Assembly (NCBI GenBank): GCA_028023455.1
Contig: JAQFVV010000001.1
Location: forward strand, 3,410,001-3,474,000
DNA: 64,000 bases
Direction: 5' to 3'
Source of the DNA: Epiperipatus broadwayi
Taxonomy: Eukaryota; Animalia; Onychophora
The position numbers and the translations under genes were made by a program. Of this stretch, positions 1 through 13,249 are shown one piece after another; positions within the stretch are counted from its first letter, which is position 1, and each line of letters opens with the position of its first letter. The notes below the pieces were generated by a model. That model was not told the origin of the DNA, searched no databases, and saw nothing but the letters and a program-made list of their open reading frames with translations.

Positions 1-1894
1 TGACATTTTTAAAGCAAAAATAAACTTTTATAAGAAATTTGATGATAAATATAGATTATAAATAATGTTTTAAACATAATAAAATATATAATTTAGCTTG
101 AAATCTAAGAATTTAACCAAATATCTGTTGACAGTCAATATTTTAATGTATTCTGACAATAATTCTGGAAATATAACAATAAAATTATGAAAATTATAAA
201 TGTAAACTTTTCTAAATTTGGAAAGCTAATATTGTTCCAAACAATTTTTCACAACTTAGACAAATACTTTTTACTATTTTCTGTTCAATGTCATTTTATT
301 TAATTTTCTTAAGTTTAAATTCAATTATTTTTTTCTAGCTCAACCAATCTAGGTCATTGTTGTAAGGTCTGATAATGTAAAAATATTATAAGCTTAACTT
401 GTCAGATAAAATTTCAATGAAAATCTATTATCTTTGAAACTTTTTATGAGTGAAAATTATTGCCAAGTTTTTATCTAATGACAACTGGATAAAATTGTTG
501 TTTTATATATAAAATCAATAAATTCATCCCATAAATACTGCAAATTTTATTATCATGATTTTTCTTATCCCTTGATTGTAATTAGTCTGTATTTCATTTC
601 TGTGAGCACAGTATTTGTAAATGTTTTATCAAGACAGGTTTCTGCCATCTTTTAATAGTTTATTACCAAAAATTAAGTGCTGTTGGGCAGTAGGATTTTC
701 ATCTTTTTTTGTATAAGTTGATATTAACTTTTTTTAGCTGCAGTTCTAACTTCCAAAATGATAACTTTTCTCTGTATGCATCTTTTAGTTGTCCCCTCCC
801 TCATATTTAAATTTTTTACTCAGAAAGACTATATTTTCATAGACATTATTTTCATTTCTAGTATTTGTTGTACTTCATAATTCACTTACATGAAAGATAT
901 TCTCTCTTTTTTGACATTTCCATCTGATATTTCTTCTAGAATTTTTTGATATATGTTAAGAGCCTCATTACCTAGTGATTAGGGTATCTTCCTGCCATAA
1001 CCTTGATATGAATTTAAATTCCAGTGTTTTTTTTAAGTTTCAATAATTGTCAAAACTTTTATATCTATATCCTTATAGAGATCTACAAAAAAATTAAACA
1101 AATTTAAATAATCTATACAGAAATTAATTTCTTTCAGTATTTATCTAGAAAGAAAACAATGAAGATCATTTTACCACTCATATAAGTACAGGATGGTGAT
1201 AATATTTGATTTTTTTTCTCTTGTTTTATTCTACTCTTAATAACAATAGTCCAATATCTAGATGACTACACATCAGATATGTGAAAGAAAAATTATGAGT
1301 TTGCTTGGAATCTGATAAAATTTCCAGGATTCTCTTAGTCTGAAATTATCTCTCAGATTGTACTAATCATTATAACAAAGATATAATTTATTTAAAGTCT
1401 AGTTGTTGTCACTGCTAATCTTATTAATTTATTATGTTTATATATAACAACAGATTTTGAAGAATCTCTTAGTTTAAGCCTTTTTTGGTTAACAAATATA
1501 TAAATAAAATACTTAATATCCTAAGAATAGTTTTCATTGATTTCAGTCATTATTTAATAAAAATGTTATAGCAACTGATATCGTAGTTTTATGTAAAAGA
1601 AAAAAAAATGTTATAATTTGATTTTCAAGTGTCAAACTTTCTGCACCCACTTCTTTGATATCATTCATTTCAGACAAATAAATTAATGATTATTACTTAT
1701 TATTTATCAGACTAGAGATGATCATAATATTCCTTAGCTATATATAAGCTTTAAATCCACTTAAATATTGCTATAACTACATTTTAATTAAGCATGAACA
1801 CATGGAATAATTAATCCAACTTTTTCCATGTATATCTTTTTAGATATACTTAAAATATCTTTTCTGTAACATATTGTAATATATGAATAAAAAT

Positions 1895-1965
1895 AAATAC
1901 TGAACAAATGCTGAGGACATGTGTAAGAGATTGTAACTTGGGCCAAGTGAAGAATGCTAGTTAGG
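1895..1965 (+). repeat. Family B fragment
   Basis: TACTGAACAAATG...ATGTGTAAGAGATTGTAACTTGGGCCAAGTGAAGAATGCT matches 3382-3445 and 61826-61885. Confidence 0.55.
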
Positions 1966-2889
1966 TGTCATTAGTTTATTTCAGATGTCTTTATTCATAT
2001 ATTTCTAGAATATGTACTGAAAGGAATACTTTAAATATGTTTAAAATTAAATAATAATAATAATTTAATTCATTTTATTATTATTTTAAAAAAGACAAAC
2101 ATTTTATTTTGATTAATATGAAACTTTTTTTTAAATTATAAATTTATTATAAAAGCATGACATTTTAGATAAAGGTACATTTTATAGTAAAGACATCATC
2201 AGTAGTCCCCCAAGGACAGAGAAGACATTATTTAGCAGGGTACTCAATTATGGTGGTACATATTTTTATATCCCCCATACTTTTTACTTCTCTTTTACCA
2301 AAAAAAAAAAAAAATCCTAACCTTATTTGAAACTCCTCAGCTGTCTGAAAGTGCTACTAGCCAGGATTCATTTATTCTGTGTAGTTTGATGCAGTCGTAG
2401 AGAAGCAATTCTGGAGCTCAAGATCTATGGCTTCTGCCCAGCTCAGTCACTGCTAGAGCTCAAACTTTTTATGAATTCCTGAACAGTAAAGCTTTTTCAA
2501 TTACTTACTATATATATTACTTAATTCTAAGGAATAATACTCCTTTATGTTTATTTTATAATCAATAAAATATAATATAAATTGAGGTATCATATTGAGA
2601 AGGGTAAAAAAATTTAGAATTACCGAAAAAGGCTTTTATATATATATAATTTTTATGTTGATGTATTTACAAGTTGTTATTATTATATAATAAAGATTTA
2701 TATTATATTTTATTGATTACTATATATATATATTGTACATATCTATATTAAATATATCTCATTTTGTAATTCATGGCCAGTACATATAATTCAAATGTTT
2801 TCAAAATGACCATATTCACTATGAAGTATAATAATTAGGGATTTTGAAGCAAAAAGGCATTAAAAAAGTTTATTATAAAATTACATGTT

Positions 2890-2980
2890 TTGCATGGTTT
2901 GGTCCGGTGATGGAGTGGCAGACTCTGATGCTCAAGGTCCATAAATCTCAGGCCAATTTGTCATTTCCAAAGTTCAAACT
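2890..2980 (+). repeat. Decayed tRNA-like SINE head family (related copies at ~2380-2465, ~11090-11160 and ~28654-28744)
   Basis: Shared pattern TTGCATG.TTTGGTGCAG.GGTAGAG..GCAGACT..G..CTCAAGGT.CA..GTCA.TTCC with A-box-like 5' part. Confidence 0.45.
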
Positions 2981-3174
2981 TGGTGTGAACTCTTGACTAA
3001 CTAACTATTTGTTAATTATTCATAGAATTGGATTTGCAAAGATATTTTATTAGAGAGATGAAAAAAAGGAAGATATCTAAGCTGAATAAATATTACATAA
3101 TTGAACTTACAATTTATTAATATTTATTTTTTGGCATGCAGTAGACAAAACTATTTGTCAGTAAATAATAAATG

Positions 3175-3610
3175 ATCAGTAAGATTTCTTTAGTGTAATT
3201 TTCACTATATCACTGTCATGCAAGGTATCCATTTTTAACACCTTGTGGATAGATGTAATCATAAACATATAACCAAAGATATGTGAAAAAGATCTATGAT
3301 TGCCAAGCTGAACCAACATTAATTAGGGCAGCACATTTCGCACTTATCAAATAAACTGTAGTAATTTGCTATCTGTATATATTACTGAACAATGATAAAG
3401 ATAAGTGTAAAAGATTGTGATCTGGGCCAACTGTTGAATGCTGTTTCAGCATGAAATATGCATTTTGGGGATCATAGATCTTTTTCACACGTCTTTGGAC
3501 ATATGTTTATGATTACATTTCTTCACAAAGTGTTATAAGTGGATAGAAACCAGTTCCTATCTTGCATGAGAGTGGTGTAATGAATGACTAATAAAAATTA
3601 TTAATAAGGA
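3175..3610 (+). mobile_element. Family B inverted-arm HHR element
   Basis: Inverted similarity between ~3175-3330 and ~3440-3585. The right arm carries GCCAA-CTGTTGA-ATGCT(GTTTC)AGCAT-GAAAT-ATGC-ATT^TTGG (core A6U). It shares arm and tail sequence with 61170-62105. Confidence 0.7.
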
Positions 3611-3643
3611 ATGATTATTAATCAGTTTTTATTATATTTAAAA

Positions 3644-3691
3644 TTAAAACAGGCAAAACTCACAAGCAAAAAAGGTGGTGGTCATGTGATG
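3644..3691 (+). mobile_element. Family A minimal copy (20-nt inverted arm fused to a tail fragment)
   Basis: TTAAAACAGGCAAAACTCAC joined directly to AAGCAAAAAAGGTGGTGGTCATGTGATG. TSD TTATATTT(A/C)AAATT at 3632-3645 and 3692-3705. Confidence 0.8.
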
Positions 3692-4469
3692 TTATATTTC
3701 AAATTGTTATTTTCATTTAAAGTACTGATAACAATGATACTTTTATTTTTAGATAGACACTGATAAACTTGATTTTTATTTATAACTTTTCACCCTTTTT
3801 TTTTATTTGTGTTTTGATGTTAAACTGGTGAGATTTACAATTAATGCATATTTTTTCCTATTTTAAGTTTATAGTTGTAGAATTTTTCTATGGCTCTAAA
3901 ATAAAGTATAATATTTTTTTAATGTAATAAAGATGATTAATAATCTTTAATTAAAGTACTTATTAAAAAATGATTGTTGTGAATAGATGCGAACAAAAAA
4001 TATATATATCAATAAAACAAATTTATGAAATATATATCAATAAATGCAAACAGTTTAAAAAGGATGAGCAGGTTTAGTTTAGATAATGAAGGTTGTTAGC
4101 TGTAATGGGCTAAGTCATAAATTTGAAACACTGGAGAATTATATTAATTGTAAAATTATATATATTTCAAATATTAAATGACCCCACATGGTTAAAAAAA
4201 TCCAGCACTGCCTGCTGCGAAGTAATATATAAATATATTAGAATCTGTATTTCAAAATAGCCAGCCTCAAAATGATACCATTTTGGTATTGTATGCTATT
4301 AGATTTTAAATATTGAAATATGAACTAATTCAAACAAAGAGCTTGAAATTTAAATAAGCAGTGATCTTAACTTCACTAGTAAACAAACATGTTTACTATT
4401 ATTATATAAAGACAAACTAAAGTAATTTTAATCTTTAAACCAACTAAAATAATTACACATGAATTTATA

Positions 4470-6733
4470 TATGTGCGTATAATAAATTTAACACAGGAGG
4501 TAATTAATCATCGATTAGTAAGATCGTATGAAATATGTTAATGTAAAACTAAAGAGACAAAAATTATTAAGAAAAACAATATTTACAGTTGATATTCCTA
4601 ATCTTCAGAAACATTCTAACAAATTTAAATTAGAATTCAGATTTGAATGAAATTAATAAGAAAATAACTGATGCACTTTTAAAAACTGCAACAAAGATAG
4701 CTGGTAGAAAAAAATCAGCAAGTGACCAATAAAATTTCTACTGAGACTGTGGAAAAGAGTCGATAATGATATAAGAAAGTATAATTGTGAATTAACAAGG
4801 AAAGCTGTAGAAGAGAATAAAAGTCTCAAGAGTATAAAACAACATTTTGGTATTGGTAAGAAACATATCTACAATAAGAAAAAATGATGGAATTATTACT
4901 AAAAAGAGAGATGACATAATCGCTTCTCGGCCTTTTGGCTAAGATCAGAGTGTAGTATCTGTTCTTATCAGCTTAATATCTGATACGCTTCCTAATGGGG
5001 GCCAGAATATTAAACTGATTTTTGGAATTAGGTGGAGAGTTAGGGGCTTGCTCCGCCTCCACCACAGGTTGACCTGGTATTGCTTCCAGGAATGGCCCAC
5101 TTATCTTCCCAGAGAAAAAGAGATGACATCATAAAATGGGTGGAAGACTTCTATCAAAAATTATATAGTTATACTTCTATCAAGAATTATATAGTAATAA
5201 AGAATAAGTACCTCCTACATTTATTATATCTTCCAAATTGTCCAGAATTTTAAATGAAGAAGTGAGACATGCAATTAAATTTATGAAGAAAGGAAAAGCT
5301 CCAGATAATGATAGAATTATAATTGATATATTAAAAAAAGTAGGTGATGAAATATAATTTTTTTTTAGCAAAGTTATATACCAATCTAACTGATAAAGAT
5401 GTACCAGATGATTGGAAGAATGCAGTATTAATATTAATATATTAAAAAGGTGATAAAGAAGATATTAGAAATTACAGACCTATCAGCCTTTATTCTGTTT
5501 TATATAAAAATTTTACCAAAATAATTACAACTCATCTGCAGAGAACATTGAATTTTCACCAACCAAGAGAATAAGCTGGATTTAAAAGTGGTTTTAGTAC
5601 TGTAGATCATATCCAAGTATTGAGAGAAATTATAGAAAGGACCAATGAATATGAGTTGCCATTATGCTTCGGATTTGTAGATTATGAAAAGGCATTTGAT
5701 TCTGTAAGCATTTCTTCAGCAATTAAAGCATTAGATCATCAAAGAATAGACACAGGATATTGTCATACTCTGAAGAATATTTTTAAAAATGCAACACCAA
5801 CAATTAGATTACATACTGATACTAGAATAATCATCATTGAGAACAGGATGATTCTATATCTCCAAAACTTTTTACAACAGTGGTGCAAAAAGTATTTTGT
5901 GGATTAGAATGGGCAGCTAAAGGAGTAAAAGTAAATGGATATTATTTAAGTCATTTATATTTTGCAGGTGATGTCGTTATTTTTGTAAATAATGCTCTAG
6001 AGCTTCAGGAAATGTTGCAGGAGTTACCAGATGAAAGTAGGACTAAAGATAAATGTTAAAAAGACTAAATTAATGTTCAATGGATTTTTCTCAAAAGATG
6101 AAAATAATGATTGATTATGATGAGTTAGAAGAAGTTAACTACAAATACCTTGGTCAGATTATTACTACAGATGGCAACATAATGGATGAAATTAATCATA
6201 GAATTAAACTTGGTTGGAGTGCTTTTGGTAGAAATAACTTGATACTAAAAGGAAATATACCTATGTGTTTGAAAAGGAAGGTTTTTAATAAATGTGTTTT
6301 GCCAGTTATTACTTATGGATCTGAGACTTGGACACTTAATAGAAGAGCAATACAGAGACTTCAGACTACTCAAAGAAGTATGGAGAGATGCATGTTAAGA
6401 GTAACAAGAAGAGATTAAAAATACAATATATGGGTAAGAGAACAAATAGGTGTTACTGACCTCAATGAAAAATTAAAAGACTGAAGTGGAGTTGGGCTGG
6501 ACATATTTCTAGAAGAGATGATAATAGATGGACAATTGAAATCTTAAACTGGATTTCATGAGATTGTAAAAGACCCAGAAAGAGACAACGTGTGAGATGG
6601 ATGGATGAAATAAGAAAGTGTGCAAGTATGATGTGAAGAAGAAAAGCTAAAGATCAGAGAAGATGGATTGAACTTGGAGAGAGAGACCTTCATTCTGCAG
6701 TGGATTGATAATGGCTGATGATAATGATGATGG
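4470..6733 (+). mobile_element. RTE-clade LINE copy 1, 5'-truncated and decayed
   Basis: End of the APE domain (NKFNTG..HRLVR-like, ~4480-4525), KAPDND, NYRPIS, GFKSGFSTVDHIQ, FVDYEKAFD, YKYLGQ, CVLPVITYGSETW, LKWSWAGH-like. 3' end CTGCAGTGGATTGAT followed by a (GAT)n-like tail. Multiple stops and frameshifts. Confidence 0.93.
4919..5100 (+). pseudogene. U2: Full-length U2 snRNA retrocopy inserted in an RTE LINE
   Basis: Starts ATCGCTTCTCGGCCTTTTGGCTAAGATC. Branch-pairing GTAGTA at 4952-4957, stem IIa TATCAG/CTGATA, Sm site ATTTTTG at 5018-5024, stem III GGTGGAG/CTCCACC. The stem-IV loop lacks the canonical AGTAC, and the 3' part shows CpG decay. Flanked by duplicated RTE sequence GAGATGACAT (4908-4917, 5120-5129). 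Confidence 0.93.
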
Positions 6734-9700
6734 TAATAAAAAATAAGTAAAGACAACACTGGATTTATACACACTTTTAAAACATGTATAAATGTGTCTA
6801 AAAAAGCAAATGATTCTCAAGATACATTTCTAACAGAAGTCTTCATCAGTTGGTCAAGATCCTTATCCATATATATATATATATATTAGCATCATACTTT
6901 ATCCTGTATCCATAATAATTTAAGTCAATTCAATTTGTGTGACATACTTATTTTAGACATTGTTTTGAATAAATATGTTAGAGATCATTATTAATTATTT
7001 TATTAAGCTAAAAATTATTTATTTATTTTAACTCAAATATAACTTTAAATTCATTTAGTGATTAATATATCAGTTACAAAATCCAATCTCCTCCATCTCT
7101 CTCTACTTATGCGTGGTATATTTAATAACCAATAAAACTTATGAAATATATGGTTAAAAACATACAAAAAAGATAAATGACCCCCAAGATCAATTTCTGA
7201 TAGAACCAGTTGTAATGGTTTACCCAGATGTTTGCCAACATTTTAGCTTTACAGAAATCCATGGCAAATTATTACAATTCAATTTATATGTGTGACATAA
7301 CTTGATCATTCATTTTTAATAATATCAACTTGAATAAATATGTTAAAGATTATAAATACAAATGATAAAGACTGGTTTTGCCAGAAATGCATATTGGGAC
7401 TATTTGCTTCTTTCATATGCTTTTATCCATATGTTTTAAGGGTCTATGGATTTTGTAAGTTTTACTGTATAATGAATATATTTTGCATGAATAGAAAAAA
7501 AAAGAGAAATTAATAATATCATGCTGGGATTTTATAAGTAAAATTTATATCTGGATAAAAAAATAATTTATAACAAAATGATAATAATAATTTTTAACAT
7601 GTATGTCTATGACAGGAGCATCAAAAATGAGTGTGTTCAAATAATATTGCTTTTGTATATTAAAGTGTAGCACTAAATTTATCTGAATAATAAATAGAAA
7701 TTCTTAACTTCACAGTGATATCTTATATTTGATTCATATATATATATATATATATATACATAAGTGAAAAATAGTTTTTTATAAGAGAATAAAAACAAAT
7801 TATGAATCGAATTTTAATTCATAACTTAAATATAAAAATAAATGAAATGGAAATAAGGAGCTTCATTATTTTATGATGAAGTTTTAATGTCAGATGCCAT
7901 AATAAATTATTTTTATGATGAACTGTTGTTATTCATGACCATCAAATATTATTATTTGGTTATATTGATAGTGTTAGCCCAATGTGTCTCAAGCAAAGAA
8001 ATTAAACATTCGTTGATACGGAAATAAAGTATATATTTAAAATATAAATATGTATCAGAAATTTTTATAAGTTCATAGGCGTTCTGAAGAGATTTTTCAG
8101 AAAATAAGGTATTTTTCTAATTATTATTTTTTAAGAGAATAATTGCAAAGAAAATTATTTTGTGTAAAGAAATTTAAGATAGAATATTCTTGTTTAACAG
8201 AATATCGGAAAAGTTCCTTTCAATCCCATGTTTTTATTACACTTAAGCAAAATTCAACTTGTTTTTTGTTTTTTTTCTTATCATGTTTAACCTATGGAAA
8301 AAATATTATTATTATTTTTTTGCATTAAATTCTAACTTTAAAATTTGGATAGATAAACTAAAATTTAATTTAGTTTGCGATTTAAGAAGATTAAGAAACA
8401 TTTACATTACAAAAAAATAATGCAATATAAGAAAATGAATACAAGAGTATTAAGAAAATAGTTAAATGTATTTGTTACAAAAAGAGTCTAAAAGCAGTGA
8501 AAAGATATTCAAAATTTGAATTTAAGAAATATTAAAGTAAACCAATAAAAAAATTCAATTATGTGCACGATGTGTGTGTTTTTTTTTTTTACATTAGTAA
8601 ATATAATTTCTGTTCATCTTGAATTAAAGAAAAACAAAAACAAGTTTTATACTTCAATGACTATAATTACAAAATGTCTCAAATTCCTTCTAAATATTTT
8701 ATTCCATCATTCCTTTTTAATCAAATTTTGCATGAATTATTTTTTCACCATTGTGAAATGTTTCTTAAGTTATTTTTTATTTTTAGAAATCCAATTAAAG
8801 TTATATTGAGCATACATCAGTATTTTTTTCATTACATATGTGATTTTTTTGTATATCATTTTTATCTATATATTTTATTTTTAATAATGTTTTCTTGCAA
8901 CCAATACATGTTCTATATTTTGAGCAGATGACATTTCTTGAATAGCTTTTGCAGTAATTTTTTAGACTAATAATGTACACAAGAACAAATCAAATATTTT
9001 ATTCCAAGATTCAATACAAATGAATATTTTCTGCTACAGCAACTTACCCATGCTTTGACTCCTTGTTTATTGCTGACATATCACTGTTTCTAGTGAAATT
9101 ATTTGTTGTTGGATTCTGATAACTGTAACATAAGGGTTTTAGAATGTGTTCCTTTTTTTTGCTATTAATAAAAATTACTTAATTAAACTAGCAATTATCG
9201 GAGTGTATTACAGATCTTTATTTTTGCTGTTATTTATGATTTAAAACAAAATTTATATACAGGCATTTGAAGTAGACTTGCTTAATCGATGACAATTTTT
9301 CGAATAATAATTAGTATCAAAAAATAGTAGAAGGACTTATCTCCATTTTTGTGAGTTTTAAGTAAATGTACTGAATTATTGTGTGAAAATAAAAAGATAA
9401 AGGCATACATATATTTGTAAAAACTAAGTACAGACAATATAACATTAAGATTTAAAATATATTTGCAGCAGCCACTTGCAAAAGAATGTGACCAACCCAA
9501 TTCCAAAAAGAAAAAAAAAGGAGGCAAACTAGAAATGAATATACAAACCAATGTATTAATCAAAATTGTCTTTTAATTTCTTTTAGAACAAAATTTCCTT
9601 TTTGAAAGTTTCAACACTATCTAATTATGGCTTTCCATTTGTTTTCTATCCTCAGCCATATATTCCCAATGAAAGGAATCAATAATGAATATTTTAGAAT

Positions 9701-12700
9701 AACTTTAAAATAATCTTTATAAAATCATTTGCATAATTATATATGTAACTGAACAGAAGTAACTGACACTTCCAATGAGTTATATAATGCAAATAAACTA
9801 TTCTGAAGACAGATGGTACCACCTGTCTTTTTAGCATTTGTTCTTATTGGAAGCTTCAGTTACTCCGGGTTTTTTATTTATATGTATATTAAATTGTTTT
9901 CTTAACTAATTATTTTTAAAGCTTTTAAAAACAAATATATTAAAAATAAAAAGATTAAAAATAAATAAATAATGCTTTTGCTATTTTAATTCTAAAGAGG
10001 TTACAATGTTTTCTTTTTGATCAAAATATAAATATCTTTTTTTTTCATAACTTATTTGCAGTCTGAATTAATTATCCTTAAATGAAAAGTTTCATAAATT
10101 TGTCCAATACTCTAAATATAATTCAGAGAACTTATCTATTACTTTTAGAAATAATATCAGAAATCATTTTGATAACAAATAGGAATTTTTTTTTTTTTAT
10201 AAAATGAAAAAAAAAATCAAACAATTAGAAAAATCAAAATGGATGTCAGAAAATATAAAAAAGAACATATAAATTAAAAATGATAAAGACTTTTCAAGAA
10301 TCTGAATAGAAAATTGCAACGCTCATCAAAAGACAAAGAGCAATATTATAGCAACATTTACATGAACATTATAAATGGAAACAAGTTTTAAAATAGAGCA
10401 ATTTTTCAGAAAATTTGTAAAATTAAAAGAAGTTTCAAATTTGAGTGACTTTACTAAAAATTGCCAAAGGACATAAATTGTGACTAAAGCAATAAAAATC
10501 ACAAGTAAATAAGCATAACACTCTTGATAAGATCAATTACATAAAGAAGTAAGTCCTCAACAGTAAAAGAAATAATGATCATATTGACCTTAAAATCATT
10601 ATCAAAAGATAAGGCTATAGAAAATGATAATATGGCATTAGAAATATAGAAAATGACCAGTCACTGATTTACATATTAGAAGAAATAATTTTATATTATC
10701 ATACTAAGGAAAGAGGTATATAAACTATCGTATAACATAGTAATATTATATGAAAATCATTCTGCCAAGATTAGTAGCTCATATTCAAATAGAATTGCCA
10801 GGAGACAAAAGCCTTCACTGCTGATTCTTGCCGGATTATTGGGGAAAAAAAATGAATAAAGTCAACAGGATTTTTTTTATTGATTAAGCTCATTATCCTA
10901 AATTATGGAATAACTTGAGAAAAAGAGCTTAATCAGGATGTCTTAATTTTATTATGATGAAACTGTATATCAAATTAGAAGCTACAGTTAAAGCAGTCTT
11001 CAGTAAAATAGATTGGTTTTACATCAGCAAACTAGTAAGTCAGCACTTCTTACTATTACTCTACCTATTCAATTCAACAATTGCCATTTGTGATTTAGTG
11101 CAGTGATTAGGTGTTAGACTGTTGAGTGTATGGTCTTCAGATTGATTCCAGATCATGCATTAGATTTTTATTTATTTATTGTAATTTATAAGCAGTAAGT
11201 GGAACAAATCAGTTATTTTAAAATAGATGCCGGTATATACTAACTGAAAATCCATTTATAATTTTCATTTATCCACCTTCATTACCCAGCATTTAATTTT
11301 GTGTAAAATTTTAAACGAATAATAATTTTACTGTAATATCTTTTAGGTTTGAAAGTATATTTCTTTATTCAATGAATGATAGCATTAATAAACAGTGGTT
11401 GGTAAATGGGTATTCAGAAATTCTTAGCTATGTTAATTCGGACCAATCAAATGAATGTTGTGAACATCGAAGTACTACTGTGAGTTCCGAGTCCATGGTT
11501 ATCTTAATCTTACAGTTATTTATACTGATATCAGTTTAAAATGATTTAAAAATAATCAAATAATAAAAATAATTTCTCAAAATTCACAGCTACCTCATAA
11601 AATAATCAGGTCTCTGGTAGCATAACAATGAATTTTTCTTCAGTTATATCTTTATTAAAATATAAAAACCCACAAAGTTCAACAATTGATTTTTAAAAAC
11701 TAAATATTTATGGAAATAATTTTTCTGTATTTATTTGTTTGTTAAAAAAAAGTTTGCAACAAAACAGATAATTAATGTATGTATATATATATATTAATTT
11801 TTGTAACTTTACATTTTCAAAATTTATAACAATTTTTCATTGAAATGAAAGTTATATCTAATAAATTCAGGTGAGTGGAAATAATAAGAACTGTCAACAA
11901 GAATTGATAATTATTTACTCTAGTATTTTTACATAATAATAAAAGCCAACAATTTATATACATATTTTTTTAGCGACATTCACTAAAAATAATTTAATTA
12001 AATAAGAATTCAGGTATTAGGTGCATCCTTATATATAAAATCTCTATTTTGTTATCTATAATATATATATATGTTTATCCATGATGCTTTATTGGAGTGC
12101 CTTCTGAATTTTTTATTCAGAGGGAGATTCATTAAATAATCTTATATTAAATTCATACTTTGTCTGTAGTCCATAACACTGTCAAATTCACAACAAAGTA
12201 TGGATTTTATTTATAGATTAAACTATAGCTATTTATCAAATGTAACAGATATATTTAAAAAATTACATTTTAATTTAGCTTTATTAATAACTTTAATTTA
12301 TTGTGTTCACTTTAGAAATGTATGTGCTAGGTACATTTTTGAAGTGTACCAAAGAGGCCGGGTTTTTCCAAACATTTTTTTTTTCAAATTGTGAATTTCT
12401 CACATTTATTTATATAATATTAAAATCTTTTGTTTCATTTACACTGAATTAAAAAAAAAGTGATAAATCATCAAATTAGAAAATACAACGACCTTTTCAT
12501 ATGCCGGGTATAAACTTGTTTTAAAATAAATTTTGATAGCTTTGACATCTTGGTGAGTATCAAAAGCGAATATTCCCTGTATTCATATTTATTTGGGCAA
12601 TAAATAGTAATAAAAAAACTTCTAATCATCATGAGAAAATGAGTATGTCCATTTTATCTCCAAGAAAAAAAAAAGAATACAAAGATAAATAATAATATAT

Positions 12701-13249
12701 TAGTGATAAATTCTGTATTGATTATGAAATAAAAATATACCCATAAGTAAAATATGCTAGTTTATTAATCAGTTTATTTAATATTTTGAAATGGTGTCTT
12801 TTAAATTCTGCAGGATTTTTTTTCTGAATATTTCAATATTTTGTCTAATTATAACTATCCAGGGTATTCTACTATTAGCCTTATCTTCTCAATGAGACTA
12901 ATCAATATTGCACTTTTTTCACCATTGTAATATAAATAATGTTTACTTCTACCATAAAAAAATTATGCTCACATTCACTATAAAATACTTTCTTAGAAAG
13001 TCTGCTGTTTGTTTTGAATGCTCAATCCAAAGAAAAGACATTGCATTAATAGATGATATGGTATCGATATATGGCATACTGAAAAACATATTGATTGGTC
13101 TAATGATCTTATTATTATAATTCTAGATTTTTATGAAGCAATCTTAAATGAACTTTAATGCTTTTATGTTAGATTATCAGTAGTCCAAGTTTAACATCTA
13201 GACAATAAAATGGGTAAAATAGCAATACAAACTGTAATAAAAGCATCTC

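Noticed and set aside
4919-5100. Functional U2 gene, or a U2-targeting Utopia/Keno element
   Set aside because: It sits inside an RTE ORF with duplicated flanks and no snRNA promoter context, and the stem-IV loop is deleted. Utopia/Keno insert into U2, whereas here U2 is whole and is itself the insert.
7736-7758. (AT)n microsatellites and poly-A/T/G runs here and throughout
   Set aside because: Ordinary simple repeats for this base composition.
8143-12394. Short ORFs in the AT-rich region (8143, 8561, 8674, 9282, 12200), and likewise most 60-95 aa ORFs elsewhere in the track
   Set aside because: F/I/L/K/N-rich low-complexity translations with no motifs and no splice support, as expected by chance at this AT content. 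A faint GVKHG-like RT trace near 9050 (-) is too weak to call.
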